Positions 10,601-17,911 of a stretch of 64,000 nucleotides of DNA are shown in pieces (within the stretch, counting starts at the first letter, position 1; every line of letters begins with the position of its first letter). The position numbers and the translations under genes are program-made. The stretch comes from Clostridiales bacterium (GTDB taxonomy: Bacteria > Bacillota > Clostridia > Christensenellales > Aristaeellaceae), in assembly GCA_015056305.1 (NCBI GenBank), contig SVGO01000001.1, forward strand, positions 1,602 to 65,601, read 5' to 3'. The notes beneath the pieces are model-generated. The model made no database searches and had not been told where the DNA came from. It worked only from the letters and a program-made list of their open reading frames with translations.

Positions 10601-10857
10601 ATCGGGCTTCTCAGCGGCCCCATGGAAACCTTTAAGCCATCATCCGCTTTTTCAAACTTAACGGCTTCCGGCTGTCGCATCTGTACATCCTTAGATACAG
10701 CTTCCGCTTTCGGATCCGACACCGGCGCAGGCTCGGGCGCAGCAGGCTGCGGCTCTTCCACTTCCGGCGCTTTTACCTTCTTATCCTCTTCGTCTTCCTG
10801 ACGGCTCCGGCTGTAAAAGCTCTTAGCCGAATTTCTTGCGCTCGATCCTCTTGCCAT
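1684..10857 (-). CDS. giant 3,057-aa multi-domain virion-module protein (polyvalent/ejection-protein candidate) with a zincin HExxH motif
   Basis: Uninterrupted ORF with AAGGAG RBS before the ATG at 10857. HELTH encoded at nt 6103-6117. E/Q/A/K-rich coiled-coil-like tract around nt 6650-7290. Gly/Ala hydrophobic segments. G/S/N linker and tandem repeat at nt 4090-4500. Confidence 0.8.
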   Translation of the reverse strand: MARGSSARNSAKSFYSRSRQEDEEDKKVKAPEVEEPQPAAPEPAPVSDPKAEAVSKDVQMRQPEAVKFEKADDGLKVSMGPLRSPMTEDQHFLIHQRNYTRGVDVEVVKAGELYLPDTLEPHREQIEQKNREGGFIPSSVRDWGVNDISVNIASIKDEKQLAYFASTLDSDWDKVTVYKAWANKHNKNYDDVLYSAEQLLGDRLFSKPQSSMGILSGLVDVNGNAININTARPEMVTQGIQGIADKDDRAAAVKAFKSLCSRRGSRFFGYFPPDDIDTFRDSYSLTQTQYNSLAKEYKTLFKQGTGEEIDRFNAEQYHLQLASIQDNESYDVLAKRNLTSALEKAYFGVATHKDKLPDKPQEQPEAQGPQQEEEPKKDNRRWIEKVGDAIDNGLDAVGDAVQSVDEFLFGKTDAKPGDDAEPEAKGTADNEAPAQRPEESSPVKETEQESGETSSAPSNVPSVQLFTQTVLGDKDMPGMAQVQAQQDKPEYIPVADDGEVLELMYQGKGNLIAPEDRAHIDELMKDQNVRRLHGALNNQELVEMELGTNSPEFITDKSMRSFGTTIYGAYQDIMSDEFPRELRGDGMMILTEVVYAAGQAYAKGDLVCPEGENGFEYYLKNSDGHSKIQGIYNNWNLLIENENKIRAEEEQKSAKALEDARAAVLSGQYSDAQLALVQENATAEWKDVLDDELRAVMNFQLNRNYFEPVYGGFEQTSVYKNLSARGVKDTGSFIASIKSEMHALLDEDTETALSLGLSLEQYYDRIGGMNLDQLAQRANVRMQQQGASITPEEKETLIGMGEGVGVIPATGYGIARGAQNWWGTFNDSLYKGMTQANVVRTAEKLTGHYQTEFGPYGRDYYRDDLTALIDSGTLSEEYAKALKQAMDSATDIYDIGIDPTALGGLRSTAAQMRENVAQLDTFMAKNGTPGENRWYGFASAITENTISATVAGAGSALTGNAAAGFFLGYDVTSYGQNYDARLAQGYLLNSASHMAAWDTAAMHLANSGTFEKIYGQLTGATTLGRAGWFEAMSKNPSGSMKAKAAIKTFVTTAAGNVFDEAVSDELKENIAAQAVDQMFGPIYRKIDAGEDIGAADVVGAMLNVTDVDLVKAGRDVMIGLPDAAITSSLFTLAGASVTTITSVRMAKDIVGGKSKDIAGFIEAAKADMSNPETAAAINDDAHAQQMDEKVVHVLIRDDGSDGKIAQHQKLQEQADSHKQELDASTVRIEEGWKHYDEQKAAGNMQAAVNALDDISKAEQGQKEHAREEAQKTYEANQVREEKMQDARKAAAVKLAQEAEAKRTQLQNDNENRKRTLDAQIEEVESQLAGLEEQIAQADADDDIAAFDELSMKRSELEDRRLMLLGEAQESEATQDARNAAENALNAQDEQAAAALQEAAEKENLTQEKATMAPVYKDLRTRAIYVDAQQAAEIKSQTGLTIPQFNRKYGFNLTQDKTKSRNSLDGSFFADLAAQAPGYIDGETTHPEEAIVALAERKKQLAGVQASIGSAVAEAYITETTEGTLDPVTQKMASDLYKKTGIKLVTANLADGTRGWFDRANGQLVLSNKLGAGELRRVVVLHELTHFIEKSKGYEEYKQAVLEAAYAGDETATERDREDIREEYSKHGVTLSESELDAELVAAATETVIGGDEVFFEQLIESGKRSFVKRVYMKLRTFLNRQKAKKAGPEARAQYDAIQKAHDLMEQALRKSAKIKEGETGSDPTAAMSELTNDTDNRPVEQTQLQYSLVGRTDDGKGIYESNFAPDTPKSVKINRLVDLWQNVWSKDPIELDVIGMDGQSRKITANFDPDYDPTNQVKTDLGKVVHSKNGSSGDRTITLNLADDLHDMAREVTQVDNEAESGKVSPTHEGVKEWHYFSNDFVYRDENGDKPMTLWLDLKERDDGGWVYQLYARKTKEKKDAQLRSPDGSRGRSEATPSSNTSVPQSGTGVKNQSMQSSVQKSIGIRQFGNNTMQRADFIEDHVKELVKDSEYERDTNRDQVKRATERLDRDGLDATVAMLMNKEKKSYTADDNALAFVAMADATRNSDSVTAAMLAMRMLEESTEQGRALQSLKIGLRLTPEGAMAEAIRKAQQYNTKKKNTDATKYIPIGNEAPKGKPASGNAGGTTGNTSAGSGNGDGTGAAGQGSGTGGYSGSGSGNVGGNAAGSASKRNGGPSTAWTGNESAPEGSALQETFMDDTPLADEEFDGQILPENTTPGIAWTGEESAPDGAALQETMLDNKDGWLADEAFDGPQLAADADGVQESIGPGPVEDTGMIHFVPQYIQDIYDAADTLKNRLDKLDGETSRNNPWGLPLNAAQMELAKKYGLMSTALPSDYAHATLKQRMLSAIIATPEGVRGSGLLTLCQQLEFMKEGYAVVTEADLNYIAGQMSEVIAQGGVENDIPKTREGKIALSRVYDAQANITPASFMEKFRSWTYANMLSSPATWVRNVASNVLMNPLESLSTALGTLVDKAVSKQTGTRTTSIANKQERAQGKEAFKSEAAQTFEDYFITHTDTGHGRKYDINQAGRGRTFQNDMLEAGKTMVDFAMQIGDRPFYEKCYAEELAIIKRLGMKVNEGGVLREMTAEEMHEEATMRATKRVFQEDGTISKAIAQLQESPFWGTVANMVIPFVKTPTNIAARLLDYSPVGLAKSLIKDGLWDMKYNNGAGFDQRRFVMNVGRGLTGTGLVAAGCALASAGALKFGYGEEEDEKVRGVRKALGDPYGMYLEIGGKKHEIDWALPGAGGLVIGANLVKDLADATGNADVVEALTKGVLSSTWNEMFNSSMLSAFNDVFRGYGDATGIAERFIQTSANSLVNRLTPSWVRAVAKATDPYVRDTSDSNAIWASLKQNMVQSWPLLRQMLPIKTDITGDEQLQNGYWNPEGEHGNAVMQMLDSFLTPTATIGEKNDEALVELLDLAYRTGEGNFLPTDLIGANKSELKLNKTEAQAMHYGDAAIIMDLTDDEKRSVNAQHGDLLFNGDGGRPYRDAKSNDVDFPGLRLVMEDKARYGNQSKAWSKMDDDERTKLVKDMVDDAKLLIVTDMARRKREAGEI

Positions 10858-10866
10858 AGTTTCTCC

Positions 10867-11646
10867 TTAAATACCCTGTCCCACAAGAACTGTGGTCTTC
10901 TTTGTGCCGCTGCTGGTCTTCTTCTGGCCTGTCGTGAAGTTCTCGCCATTCTCGATATCACCGCTCAGAGAAAGCGATTCGCTGCCGCTTTCTGTGCTTT
11001 GGCTGCCGGAAGACTGACTGCCCAGCGCTGCGCTGACAGCAGACATATAGTTGCTGTTGTAACGATCCTTCTGATTCTGAAGCAGTTCCTGCGTCTTCGC
11101 CGCCAGCTGTGCAGCATAGTCCGTATTCAGGCGGCCCTGCGTCTGGGCGTTCTGCTTCGCAGCCTGCGTGATCTGCTGCTGTACCTGCCCCTGCTGGCGC
11201 GCGCCTTCGTCCGTCAGCTGTCTGATCGTCTCGGCAAGCATATCACCCTGCTGGCTCAGCTTGTCCAGCGTATAGCTGCTTCGGCCCATGCCGCGCGCAA
11301 GAGCCGCCGTTTCCACCTGCGCAGCGTTCTGCTTGTACGCCGCCTGCTGCTGAGCAATCGCCTGCGCAAGCTGCACAGCAATATCTTCCTTCTCCTGATT
11401 AAGCGCAAGCTCGGCAGCATCATACTGCTGCTGCGCCGCCTCAAGACCAGCATGAAGCTGCGGACGCAAAAGAGATTCTGCAAAGCTCCTGACCTCATCC
11501 TCGGTCATCTGAGGACTGAGGCCGGAAAGGATCGTCTGCATCAGTTCTTTATCCAGAATCTTTCTGGTTGTCGTCTGATGCTGTGTGTTGCTCGTGCTCT
11601 TGGAATTGGATTCAGTCCAGTTCCTCGCCACATAGTTTTCAGCCAT
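10867..11646 (-). CDS. Q/A-rich virion-module protein, function unknown
   Basis: ORF track 10867..11652. The ATG at 11646 follows GAGGTGA. Long Q/A-rich helical composition. Confidence 0.5.
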   Translation of the reverse strand: MAENYVARNWTESNSKSTSNTQHQTTTRKILDKELMQTILSGLSPQMTEDEVRSFAESLLRPQLHAGLEAAQQQYDAAELALNQEKEDIAVQLAQAIAQQQAAYKQNAAQVETAALARGMGRSSYTLDKLSQQGDMLAETIRQLTDEGARQQGQVQQQITQAAKQNAQTQGRLNTDYAAQLAAKTQELLQNQKDRYNSNYMSAVSAALGSQSSGSQSTESGSESLSLSGDIENGENFTTGQKKTSSGTKKTTVLVGQGI

Positions 11647-11830
11647 GGTCACTCACCTCTTCCAGTTTGCTGATTCTCTCTTTAAGCTCTTTAATTTCCC
11701 TGATCCGATTGTTGTTGGCCTTCCACGAAGCCATACAAAACCCTTTCAGGAACAGAATCAGATTGCGCAATGTGGTATACACATTCCCGCCATGTGGGAA
11801 TTCCGGAACACGCGGTTGCTCAAATGCCAT
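11639..11830 (-). CDS. small hypothetical protein
   Basis: ORF track 11639..11836. The ATG at 11830 is preceded by GAGGTG. C-terminal KELKERISKLEE helix. Confidence 0.35.
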   Translation of the reverse strand: MAFEQPRVPEFPHGGNVYTTLRNLILFLKGFCMASWKANNNRIREIKELKERISKLEEVSDHG

Positions 11831-11832
11831 TG

Positions 11833-13320
11833 TCACACCTCATCCATGCTGTATTCCACCTGCACGCCGCCAAAGATTCTCCAACCCGCTGTGCGTCCTC
11901 CGCTTTGGATACGCAGCTTCACGCGTACGCCTACGTTCTGAATCTTCACCCGGTAATCCCGCCGGTTTTTTGAAAGCAGCACCGTCTTCTTTTTTTCGCG
12001 CCTGTCTGTCATAATCGTGATGTCCAGCGGCAGATCATTTTCATCCGCCTCTGCTGTAAATCGAAGCACGAAATCCCGCTTCATCAGCGCCTTTCCCAGA
12101 TCCAGCCATGCGGTTTCCCATATGCTCTGCATCGGCGTATCCAAATAGCTGCCCGCCTTGGGATCGTTGTAGCGCAGCACCTCATGCGGATCGTCTGCCT
12201 GCGTATAATACACGGCATTGTTCATCACAAAGAAATCTCTGACGCGGATTCCCGTGCGAAGCATGAACGTACCCCGCTCTGTGTCAAATTCAATGACAGC
12301 ATTGTTCTGCGTCAGTACATCCTCCTCGTTTTCCTTCACGCGCAGCGCAAGATAATATACGCGATCGCACAAACAGGCAGTCTCCGTCGTTTGTTTTCCT
12401 TGCATCATCATGCGCATCGTTTCATGCAGCGCATTGCGCGCAAGCAGCGAAAGCGTCGATCCGTCGTACATGCCAATACCGCCCTGCGAAAGAAAGTACA
12501 CATGAAGCCGATCGGTGCAAATCGTGCTTGCCTGCACTGGACCGTCTGTGCCATATGCCTGCGTGATGGTGAAGCTCGAAGGATCTGTGCCGCGGATTTC
12601 GTATACCGAATTCTGCTTGAATGCCAAAAGGTACCCGCCGAAAGGCTCCACTGACACAAATGCATCGCCATCCCATGATGGCTGTTGGATGACGCCGCCG
12701 CCCAACTCCGGTGTTTCCGCATGGTTTGTCCAGTCAAACGGATCATACGGCCGGGAATAAAACACGCTGTCCGGATATCCAGGCGCACCCGTACCCCAGA
12801 TGCGCTCCGCATGCCGTCCAAGCCGTGCAAAATTAACCGCCGCATAATCGCTGCCCAGCTTCAGCGTCTTTTTCTCCACACCAAGCGTATGACCATACAC
12901 GGCAATCATCCCGTCTCTGGCATTGGTCATCAGCAGAATGTCCTCCGTTTTGCCATCCACAGCTGCTTCATAATTGACGCTGTTCCATCTATTTGAAGAA
13001 AACCCTTCCGCCCGCTTGATCCATCCTTCCGTACCCATCGTGTAGGTGTAGATCGCACCACCCGCACCTGCAACAAACACGTCCGGATCATCCGGCCTGT
13101 TTCTGCGATAAAAGCGCGTCAGCGTTTCAATTGGTGCGCCCAGCGCAGGAAAGGCGCGGCTTGTTCCGTAGCTTGTGGCCAGCAGGCCGCACTCCGTGCG
13201 TATGTTCTGTGCGCGATAGGCATAGTCCACGCCGATGTTCGTATCGCCCGCCGCCTGATATACGCCCTTCGGCGTGGGAATCATGAAGCTTCCTTCATAG
13301 CTGCTGTCCTTGATCGCCAT
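11833..13320 (-). CDS. putative tail/nozzle structural protein (beta-rich)
   Basis: The track ORF runs to 13572, but that N-terminus overlaps the upstream gene. The ATG at 13320 (MAIKDSSYEG) follows the upstream stop at 13335. Position is downstream of portal and adaptor. Confidence 0.45.
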   Translation of the reverse strand: MAIKDSSYEGSFMIPTPKGVYQAAGDTNIGVDYAYRAQNIRTECGLLATSYGTSRAFPALGAPIETLTRFYRRNRPDDPDVFVAGAGGAIYTYTMGTEGWIKRAEGFSSNRWNSVNYEAAVDGKTEDILLMTNARDGMIAVYGHTLGVEKKTLKLGSDYAAVNFARLGRHAERIWGTGAPGYPDSVFYSRPYDPFDWTNHAETPELGGGVIQQPSWDGDAFVSVEPFGGYLLAFKQNSVYEIRGTDPSSFTITQAYGTDGPVQASTICTDRLHVYFLSQGGIGMYDGSTLSLLARNALHETMRMMMQGKQTTETACLCDRVYYLALRVKENEEDVLTQNNAVIEFDTERGTFMLRTGIRVRDFFVMNNAVYYTQADDPHEVLRYNDPKAGSYLDTPMQSIWETAWLDLGKALMKRDFVLRFTAEADENDLPLDITIMTDRREKKKTVLLSKNRRDYRVKIQNVGVRVKLRIQSGGRTAGWRIFGGVQVEYSMDEV

Positions 13321-13334
13321 CCCCTGCCCCCGTT

Positions 13335-13886
13335 TCAGTTGGTCGCCGAATAAAAATTCGTATATGTCGTCACGCTGCCCGTGCCCACAGGCTTGAGCAT
13401 GCTCATCATTTCGTAAAAGCTCTGCTTGTAATACTGTGCGCGACTCTGCTTGGCCAGATTGCCGCTGGAAAGGTGCTTGTAACAGATATACTGTACGAGC
13501 GCATAATGCACATGTTCTGGAATGCGCGGTACATCCAGTTCCCCTGACAGCGGCGGATACGTCACTTGGCAAACAACGACCACATCCTCGTCCCGCGCCG
13601 TCGTGTGATAGACGCCATCGCCCTGCGCGTCTGCGCGGAAATGCACAATGCGCCCATCTTCATCCTGCATCTGCACAACGCAGTCAATGTCGTAACCGGA
13701 AAGATTCACCATTCCGCGCTCATCCGCCTGGGAAAGATAGGTTTCCCTTGGCTTGTAATGTTGGCGCAGAATGAGCTGATATCCCATATTCAGATACATC
13801 ATGAACTTCTGATCGTAATCGTTGATGTCAGCCGGATCTTCATCCAGCTCCAGCATCACATGATGCAGGATTGCACTCACGTTCAC
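13335..13886 (-). CDS. putative head-tail adaptor/completion protein
   Basis: GTGA overlap with the portal stop. Clear paralog at 44055..44609 (LELDEDPxDxxxYDQxFxMYxNxGYQLILRQxYKPRET). Confidence 0.45.
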   Translation of the reverse strand: MNVSAILHHVMLELDEDPADINDYDQKFMMYLNMGYQLILRQHYKPRETYLSQADERGMVNLSGYDIDCVVQMQDEDGRIVHFRADAQGDGVYHTTARDEDVVVVCQVTYPPLSGELDVPRIPEHVHYALVQYICYKHLSSGNLAKQSRAQYYKQSFYEMMSMLKPVGTGSVTTYTNFYSATN

Positions 13887-15745
13887 GCCATCGCGCCTCC
13901 CTTCATCGAAGCATCCAAAGCGCCCTGCGCTGAGCTTGCCGCGCCGTTTGCAATCAACGCAGACGCGCCGCCCTGCGTCCTGCGGCTGCGCTCAAGGCCT
14001 TCGATATTCAGCCTCTGATCCTCAATCGTCTTGGCCTGCTGCTGATTGAGTGCTTCCAGCTGCGCAAGCTTCTGCTGGATCTGACTGGATTTCATGACCG
14101 CCTTGAGGATTGCACCCTTGTTCGGGTAACCCTGAAGCAGACCAAGGATCACTTCCGTCGGCATCGGGTTGCCATTCTGCGCGCACATCTCTGCCGCTTT
14201 GAACAGCAGCTCATTGAAGCTCTGGATCTGTTCCGGGCTGCTGCGCTGCACCTGAACGCGCACCGTATACGCAGGCTTGGGAAGATCGTCGCCCTCTGCT
14301 TTCGTGGTGACCAGCTCAATCAGACGATCTTTCATGCTGCCGCTGCTTTCATAACCGCCGATGATGCGCAGCTTGCGGCCCGGCTCCATGTATTCGCTGA
14401 GCACCCACAAAATCTGTTCAATCATCTCGCGGAACGCGCTCTTGAAGCTCGCCGTATGCCAGCGCGTGATCTTCGTGCCGGCGTCCTGAAGCGCCTTGAC
14501 CGCCGTGAAAGCCGTTACACCCTTGCCACCCTCACCGCGCGCGAACTGATTCTGTCCGCAATCCTGCTTCATCGTCTCACTCAGATACTGCGCCATCTGA
14601 TAGATCTGACCATTGAGCGGCTGCGCCTGCACAGTCTGCATCACTTCGCGAATATCGTTGCCGTCCCATTCAATAAAGTCACGGCTCATGTCCGCAACCT
14701 CATTCAGATTGACGCCGCTGTTCCTGCGAATGAACGTGCGCTGCTTGCTGCTCGCGCGTGCATTATCATCAATGTATTTAAAGTAGCGGTCAATGGTAGC
14801 CTGTGTATCTTCGTAGTCGTGCATCAAGCCCGTACCAAAGGGACGAGTCGGAACAGTACGATACCTGTAGAAGATAAACGGATACTGGCCATGCGCATAG
14901 ATTCCCTCTGCGTATTCGCCCTTGCGCTCCACGTTAAAATCCAGTTCAGAAGAGTACAGCAGCGCACCGCCGGCTAGCTGCGCCATGTGCACACGATACC
15001 GCCTCTTTGCAGCATCATATCTTTTATACCAGAATTCAATCAGCGTCACCTTCTGATCGCCTTCCGGTGTCTGCACCACAGCCTGTTCGTCCTGCCTGGT
15101 ATACTCATCCTCACGAACATAACCCTTGGCAAGAGGATAATGCTCTTCCACCCACGCAATCGTGGTATGTGTCACCTTGAAGATCGCGCGGCCGTCCTGG
15201 ATATTCTCATACTGCGGATCAGGGAAGATGTCTTCTGGATGCCAATTCAGTACATTGACCATGCCCTCGCCGCCCATGGCGTCGTTATCCCAAAAGATCT
15301 CTGCAACGCCTGTACCGACAACAGCAGCATCTTCCATGAGCTTCTGATACTTACTTTCCCATCCACTCTGATACAGCACAAAGGAAACGACATCCGTCAT
15401 CTCTTCCGCGCTATTCATCGTCTCTTCCCGTTCCGGCACCATGACCGCCTCGGGCATGTTGTCCACCTGGTCGGCAATCACGTTATCAATACTGGAATTG
15501 AGCGTGCTGCCTGCCGGAGAAGTGTTGCTCTTCTTGTCGTGACGCAAGCGGCGCATCTTGCGCGCCTCCCGGATCTCGTTATGCTCTTCCCTGTGCTGAT
15601 CATAGAAGAAGCGGAACAGCTCATAGCCGCGCCGCACCAGATTTTTCTGTTCTTCCGTCAGCGGCTGTTCGCCCATACTCGCATACCGCCCGGAATCCAA
15701 CCGAACATCGCCCGGCAGAGCGGGCTTTTTCTTTTCTCTGACCAA
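13883..15745 (-). CDS. putative portal protein
   Basis: 620 aa. TTG start preceded by GGAGGG. Size and position within the head module. No motif-level proof. Confidence 0.55.
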   Translation of the reverse strand: MVREKKKPALPGDVRLDSGRYASMGEQPLTEEQKNLVRRGYELFRFFYDQHREEHNEIREARKMRRLRHDKKSNTSPAGSTLNSSIDNVIADQVDNMPEAVMVPEREETMNSAEEMTDVVSFVLYQSGWESKYQKLMEDAAVVGTGVAEIFWDNDAMGGEGMVNVLNWHPEDIFPDPQYENIQDGRAIFKVTHTTIAWVEEHYPLAKGYVREDEYTRQDEQAVVQTPEGDQKVTLIEFWYKRYDAAKRRYRVHMAQLAGGALLYSSELDFNVERKGEYAEGIYAHGQYPFIFYRYRTVPTRPFGTGLMHDYEDTQATIDRYFKYIDDNARASSKQRTFIRRNSGVNLNEVADMSRDFIEWDGNDIREVMQTVQAQPLNGQIYQMAQYLSETMKQDCGQNQFARGEGGKGVTAFTAVKALQDAGTKITRWHTASFKSAFREMIEQILWVLSEYMEPGRKLRIIGGYESSGSMKDRLIELVTTKAEGDDLPKPAYTVRVQVQRSSPEQIQSFNELLFKAAEMCAQNGNPMPTEVILGLLQGYPNKGAILKAVMKSSQIQQKLAQLEALNQQQAKTIEDQRLNIEGLERSRRTQGGASALIANGAASSAQGALDASMKGGAMA

Positions 15746-15774
15746 TGTTTTTCCCTCCTGCCGGGCGCAGATGC

Positions 15775-16047
15775 TTACATGTTGCCCGTATTTTCCAGAA
15801 TCTTGTACAGCTGTTCCGGCATGTTCACGGTCTTGCCGCGCAGGAAGTAGAACAGCTCGCCGTTCAGGCCGATGGTCAGCACGTCGTCATTTTCGTTGAT
15901 GCTCTTGGGCACCATCATCTTCACAGTCTTGTACTCCGCAACGCCAGCGCGCTCCATCTTCTTCTTCATATCCGTTTCGGTCGCCTTGATCTTCTTCTCG
16001 AGCACGTTGCTCGCCTTCTTGACATTGCCTGTAGTCGTGGTAGCCAT
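15775..16047 (-). CDS. small head-module protein, function unknown
   Basis: 90 aa with AAGGAGG RBS, between the capsid and portal genes. Confidence 0.5.
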   Translation of the reverse strand: MATTTTGNVKKASNVLEKKIKATETDMKKKMERAGVAEYKTVKMMVPKSINENDDVLTIGLNGELFYFLRGKTVNMPEQLYKILENTGNM

Positions 16048-16068
16048 AATCCTTTTTCCTCCTTATTC

Positions 16069-16101
16069 AAAAAAACAGGGACGAGAAGCGATTCTCGTCC
16101 C
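16069..16101 (-). terminator. intrinsic terminator just after the capsid gene
   Basis: 10-bp stem gggacgagaa/ttctcgtccc with loop gcga. On the minus strand it is followed by tgttttttt. Confidence 0.7.
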
Positions 16102-16116
16102 TTGGTTTATAGATGC

Positions 16117-17043
16117 TTACGCGCTGAAACCGCACTCGATGCGGCACGCATATTCCGGCTGCAGCAGCTTAGCGGCAAAGCCGTCCATCTTCCAGCCGAC
16201 AGTAGAGATCTGATGCAGCGGATCAGCGGTGCCCGCGCTGCCGGCCGGATTGACGATCACGCGCGGCTCAGCGCCCGTCAGGCTGGTGTAACCGTAGGCA
16301 TACTGGCCCAGCACAATGACGCTCGCCACGTCTACGCCGCCGGCACCCGCGCCTTCGAAGACCTTCGCCTCCGTGGTCTCCACAATGCGGCATCCGAACA
16401 GATGGCCGATCTCACCCTTCAGGATACCCTCCTTCATCTGGTACTGGCTGACCTTGACGAAGTTGTCGTCATCTTGCAGATCGTAGGTAGTGTCCGGCGT
16501 CACCAGCGCCACGTAGTAGCCGTCGGAGAACGGCTGCGCACCAGACTTCTTGAGCGTGCGGACCGCCTTACGCAGCTCCTTGGTGGTCAGCTTATCCTCT
16601 TTGGTCAGCGCATCGCGGCTGGCCTTGCCGCCCGCAAAGATAACATTGGTGCTGGTCGCCAGTTCGTCGCGCACAACCGCGTCGATGGTCAGGCGGCCCT
16701 GATCACCCAGCAGCTTGATCTTGCGATCCAGATTCAGATCAAAGTGCGTCAGATCCAGCAGATCGGTAGTCTCGATATACTTGCCGTACTGATTCAGCTT
16801 CACGAGGATTTCCACCTCCGCCAGCTGCTGCGCATCGCCCGGCTGGCCCTCGGTCAGCGTGGTCGTATCCGCTTCAAGCGGAATCAGCTTTCGGAAGGAC
16901 ATCGTGGTGCCGCTGTTCTTGGGGAACGGGTGCATATCGCCGAACTGCAGATGCGCAAGCAGCGGCTCAAAGGTCTTGAGCAGATTCTTGTTGTAAGTCG
17001 TAATCATGCCCGGAGACAGAGCCGGGGTCTGGGTAGTCATCAT
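16117..17043 (-). CDS. major capsid protein (resembles the N4-gp56 capsid family from memory)
   Basis: 308 aa with strong AAGGAGG RBS. Preceded by a scaffold-like gene and followed by a strong terminator. N-terminal pattern YNKNLLKTFEPLLAHLQFG...FPKNSGTTMSFRK. Confidence 0.75.
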   Translation of the reverse strand: MMTTQTPALSPGMITTYNKNLLKTFEPLLAHLQFGDMHPFPKNSGTTMSFRKLIPLEADTTTLTEGQPGDAQQLAEVEILVKLNQYGKYIETTDLLDLTHFDLNLDRKIKLLGDQGRLTIDAVVRDELATSTNVIFAGGKASRDALTKEDKLTTKELRKAVRTLKKSGAQPFSDGYYVALVTPDTTYDLQDDDNFVKVSQYQMKEGILKGEIGHLFGCRIVETTEAKVFEGAGAGGVDVASVIVLGQYAYGYTSLTGAEPRVIVNPAGSAGTADPLHQISTVGWKMDGFAAKLLQPEYACRIECGFSA

Positions 17044-17061
17044 AAATCAAATTCCTCCTTG

Positions 17062-17838
17062 TCAGATGCGGATTTTCTCTCCGCGCGCGGCGCGCTCTCT
17101 GACATTCGCAATGAATTTCTCATACTGCGCGTCCGTCATGTTCTTGATGGGATCAACCTCCGGCGTGCTGCCTGCGGAAGTTCTGCGCGCAATCGGTGCG
17201 CCGCTCTTCTTTTTGGCCGCCGTCGGCTGGGTCTGATAGGCGAGCCTGGCCTTGTAGGCAATGGCGGCGTCTCGTACGCTGACGCCGTTGCTCATTTCCT
17301 CTCTGGCAGTCTCGTCTTGGGAGAAGGCAAGCAGTTCTTCCCTCGTCCATTTCTTGGACAGCAGATACTTCACGTCCGCGACCTGCTCTTCGCTGGCCGT
17401 CTGCGTGTCGGGCTGCTCCTGCTGCTGCGCTTTGAGAATCTTCTTGGCTGCCTTGACGCTGATTTCCGGATCTTCCGCGTTCATCTGTCGCGCCAGATGT
17501 TCATTGACAATCTCGGCAATCTGTGCCTTGCTCAGCTTACCGCCGCCCAGCTCGCTGAGAAGCTTCTGTTCCTGATTCTTGAGCGCCGCCGCAATGCGAC
17601 GGGAGAACTTGTCGCCCTCTTTCCCCTGCTGCTCGTCATCATGCTGCTCTTCCTGCGCGCTCTGGCCGTCGTCGCCCTCGTTATCGACCGTTTCTTCGCC
17701 GCCCTCATCGCCGGCATTCAGACTGGCAAGCACTTCCTCAACGGAAATCTCCGTCGCCTGCGCGTCGTCCGCAGACTGTTCCACCACAGTGCCAGCTTCC
17801 TGGCCCTGGGCAGCGACCGAATTTTCGATATTCTCCAT
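17062..17838 (-). CDS. scaffolding protein candidate (acidic, E/Q/A-rich)
   Basis: The ATG at 17838 is preceded by GGAGGA; the track start at 17952 lacks an RBS. Highly charged helical composition directly upstream of the capsid gene. Confidence 0.55.
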   Translation of the reverse strand: MENIENSVAAQGQEAGTVVEQSADDAQATEISVEEVLASLNAGDEGGEETVDNEGDDGQSAQEEQHDDEQQGKEGDKFSRRIAAALKNQEQKLLSELGGGKLSKAQIAEIVNEHLARQMNAEDPEISVKAAKKILKAQQQEQPDTQTASEEQVADVKYLLSKKWTREELLAFSQDETAREEMSNGVSVRDAAIAYKARLAYQTQPTAAKKKSGAPIARRTSAGSTPEVDPIKNMTDAQYEKFIANVRERAARGEKIRI

Positions 17839-17888
17839 AAATCCTCCGATATCGCCCCTGTTTGGCGTCGTCAGCCTTTCGGCGTATG

Positions 17889-17911
17889 AAAAAAGCAGGC
17901 CGTCGCCTGCT
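17889..17911 (-). terminator. intrinsic terminator between the terminase and scaffold genes
   Basis: Minus strand reads agcaggc-gacg-gcctgct followed by tttttt. Confidence 0.5.

Noticed and set aside
1927-10635. Long plus-strand ORFs (1927..4902, 4912..6813, 7207..8589, 9259..10635) opposite the giant gene
   Set aside because: They are antisense shadows typical of high-GC coding DNA. They show R/H/L/A-biased low-complexity translations and lack RBSs. The minus-strand frame is continuous and protein-like.
1684-10857. Giant ORF as a virion RNA polymerase (N4- or crAss-like)
   Set aside because: No DxDGD/DFDGD-type or T7-like catalytic motifs were seen on reading the translation. The only catalytic-looking motif is HExxH.
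13321-13572. N-terminal 84 codons of ORF 11833..13572
   Set aside because: They overlap the 13335..13886 gene in another frame and translate to low-complexity sequence. The ATG at 13320 directly follows that gene.
15745-17889. 714-aa plus-strand ORF across the capsid and scaffold genes, and similar cases (26443..28641, 29124..30752, 48283..50097, 59213..60724, 62055..63680)
   Set aside because: All lie opposite motif-bearing genes and translate to Arg/His/Leu-rich strings, so they are shadow ORFs.
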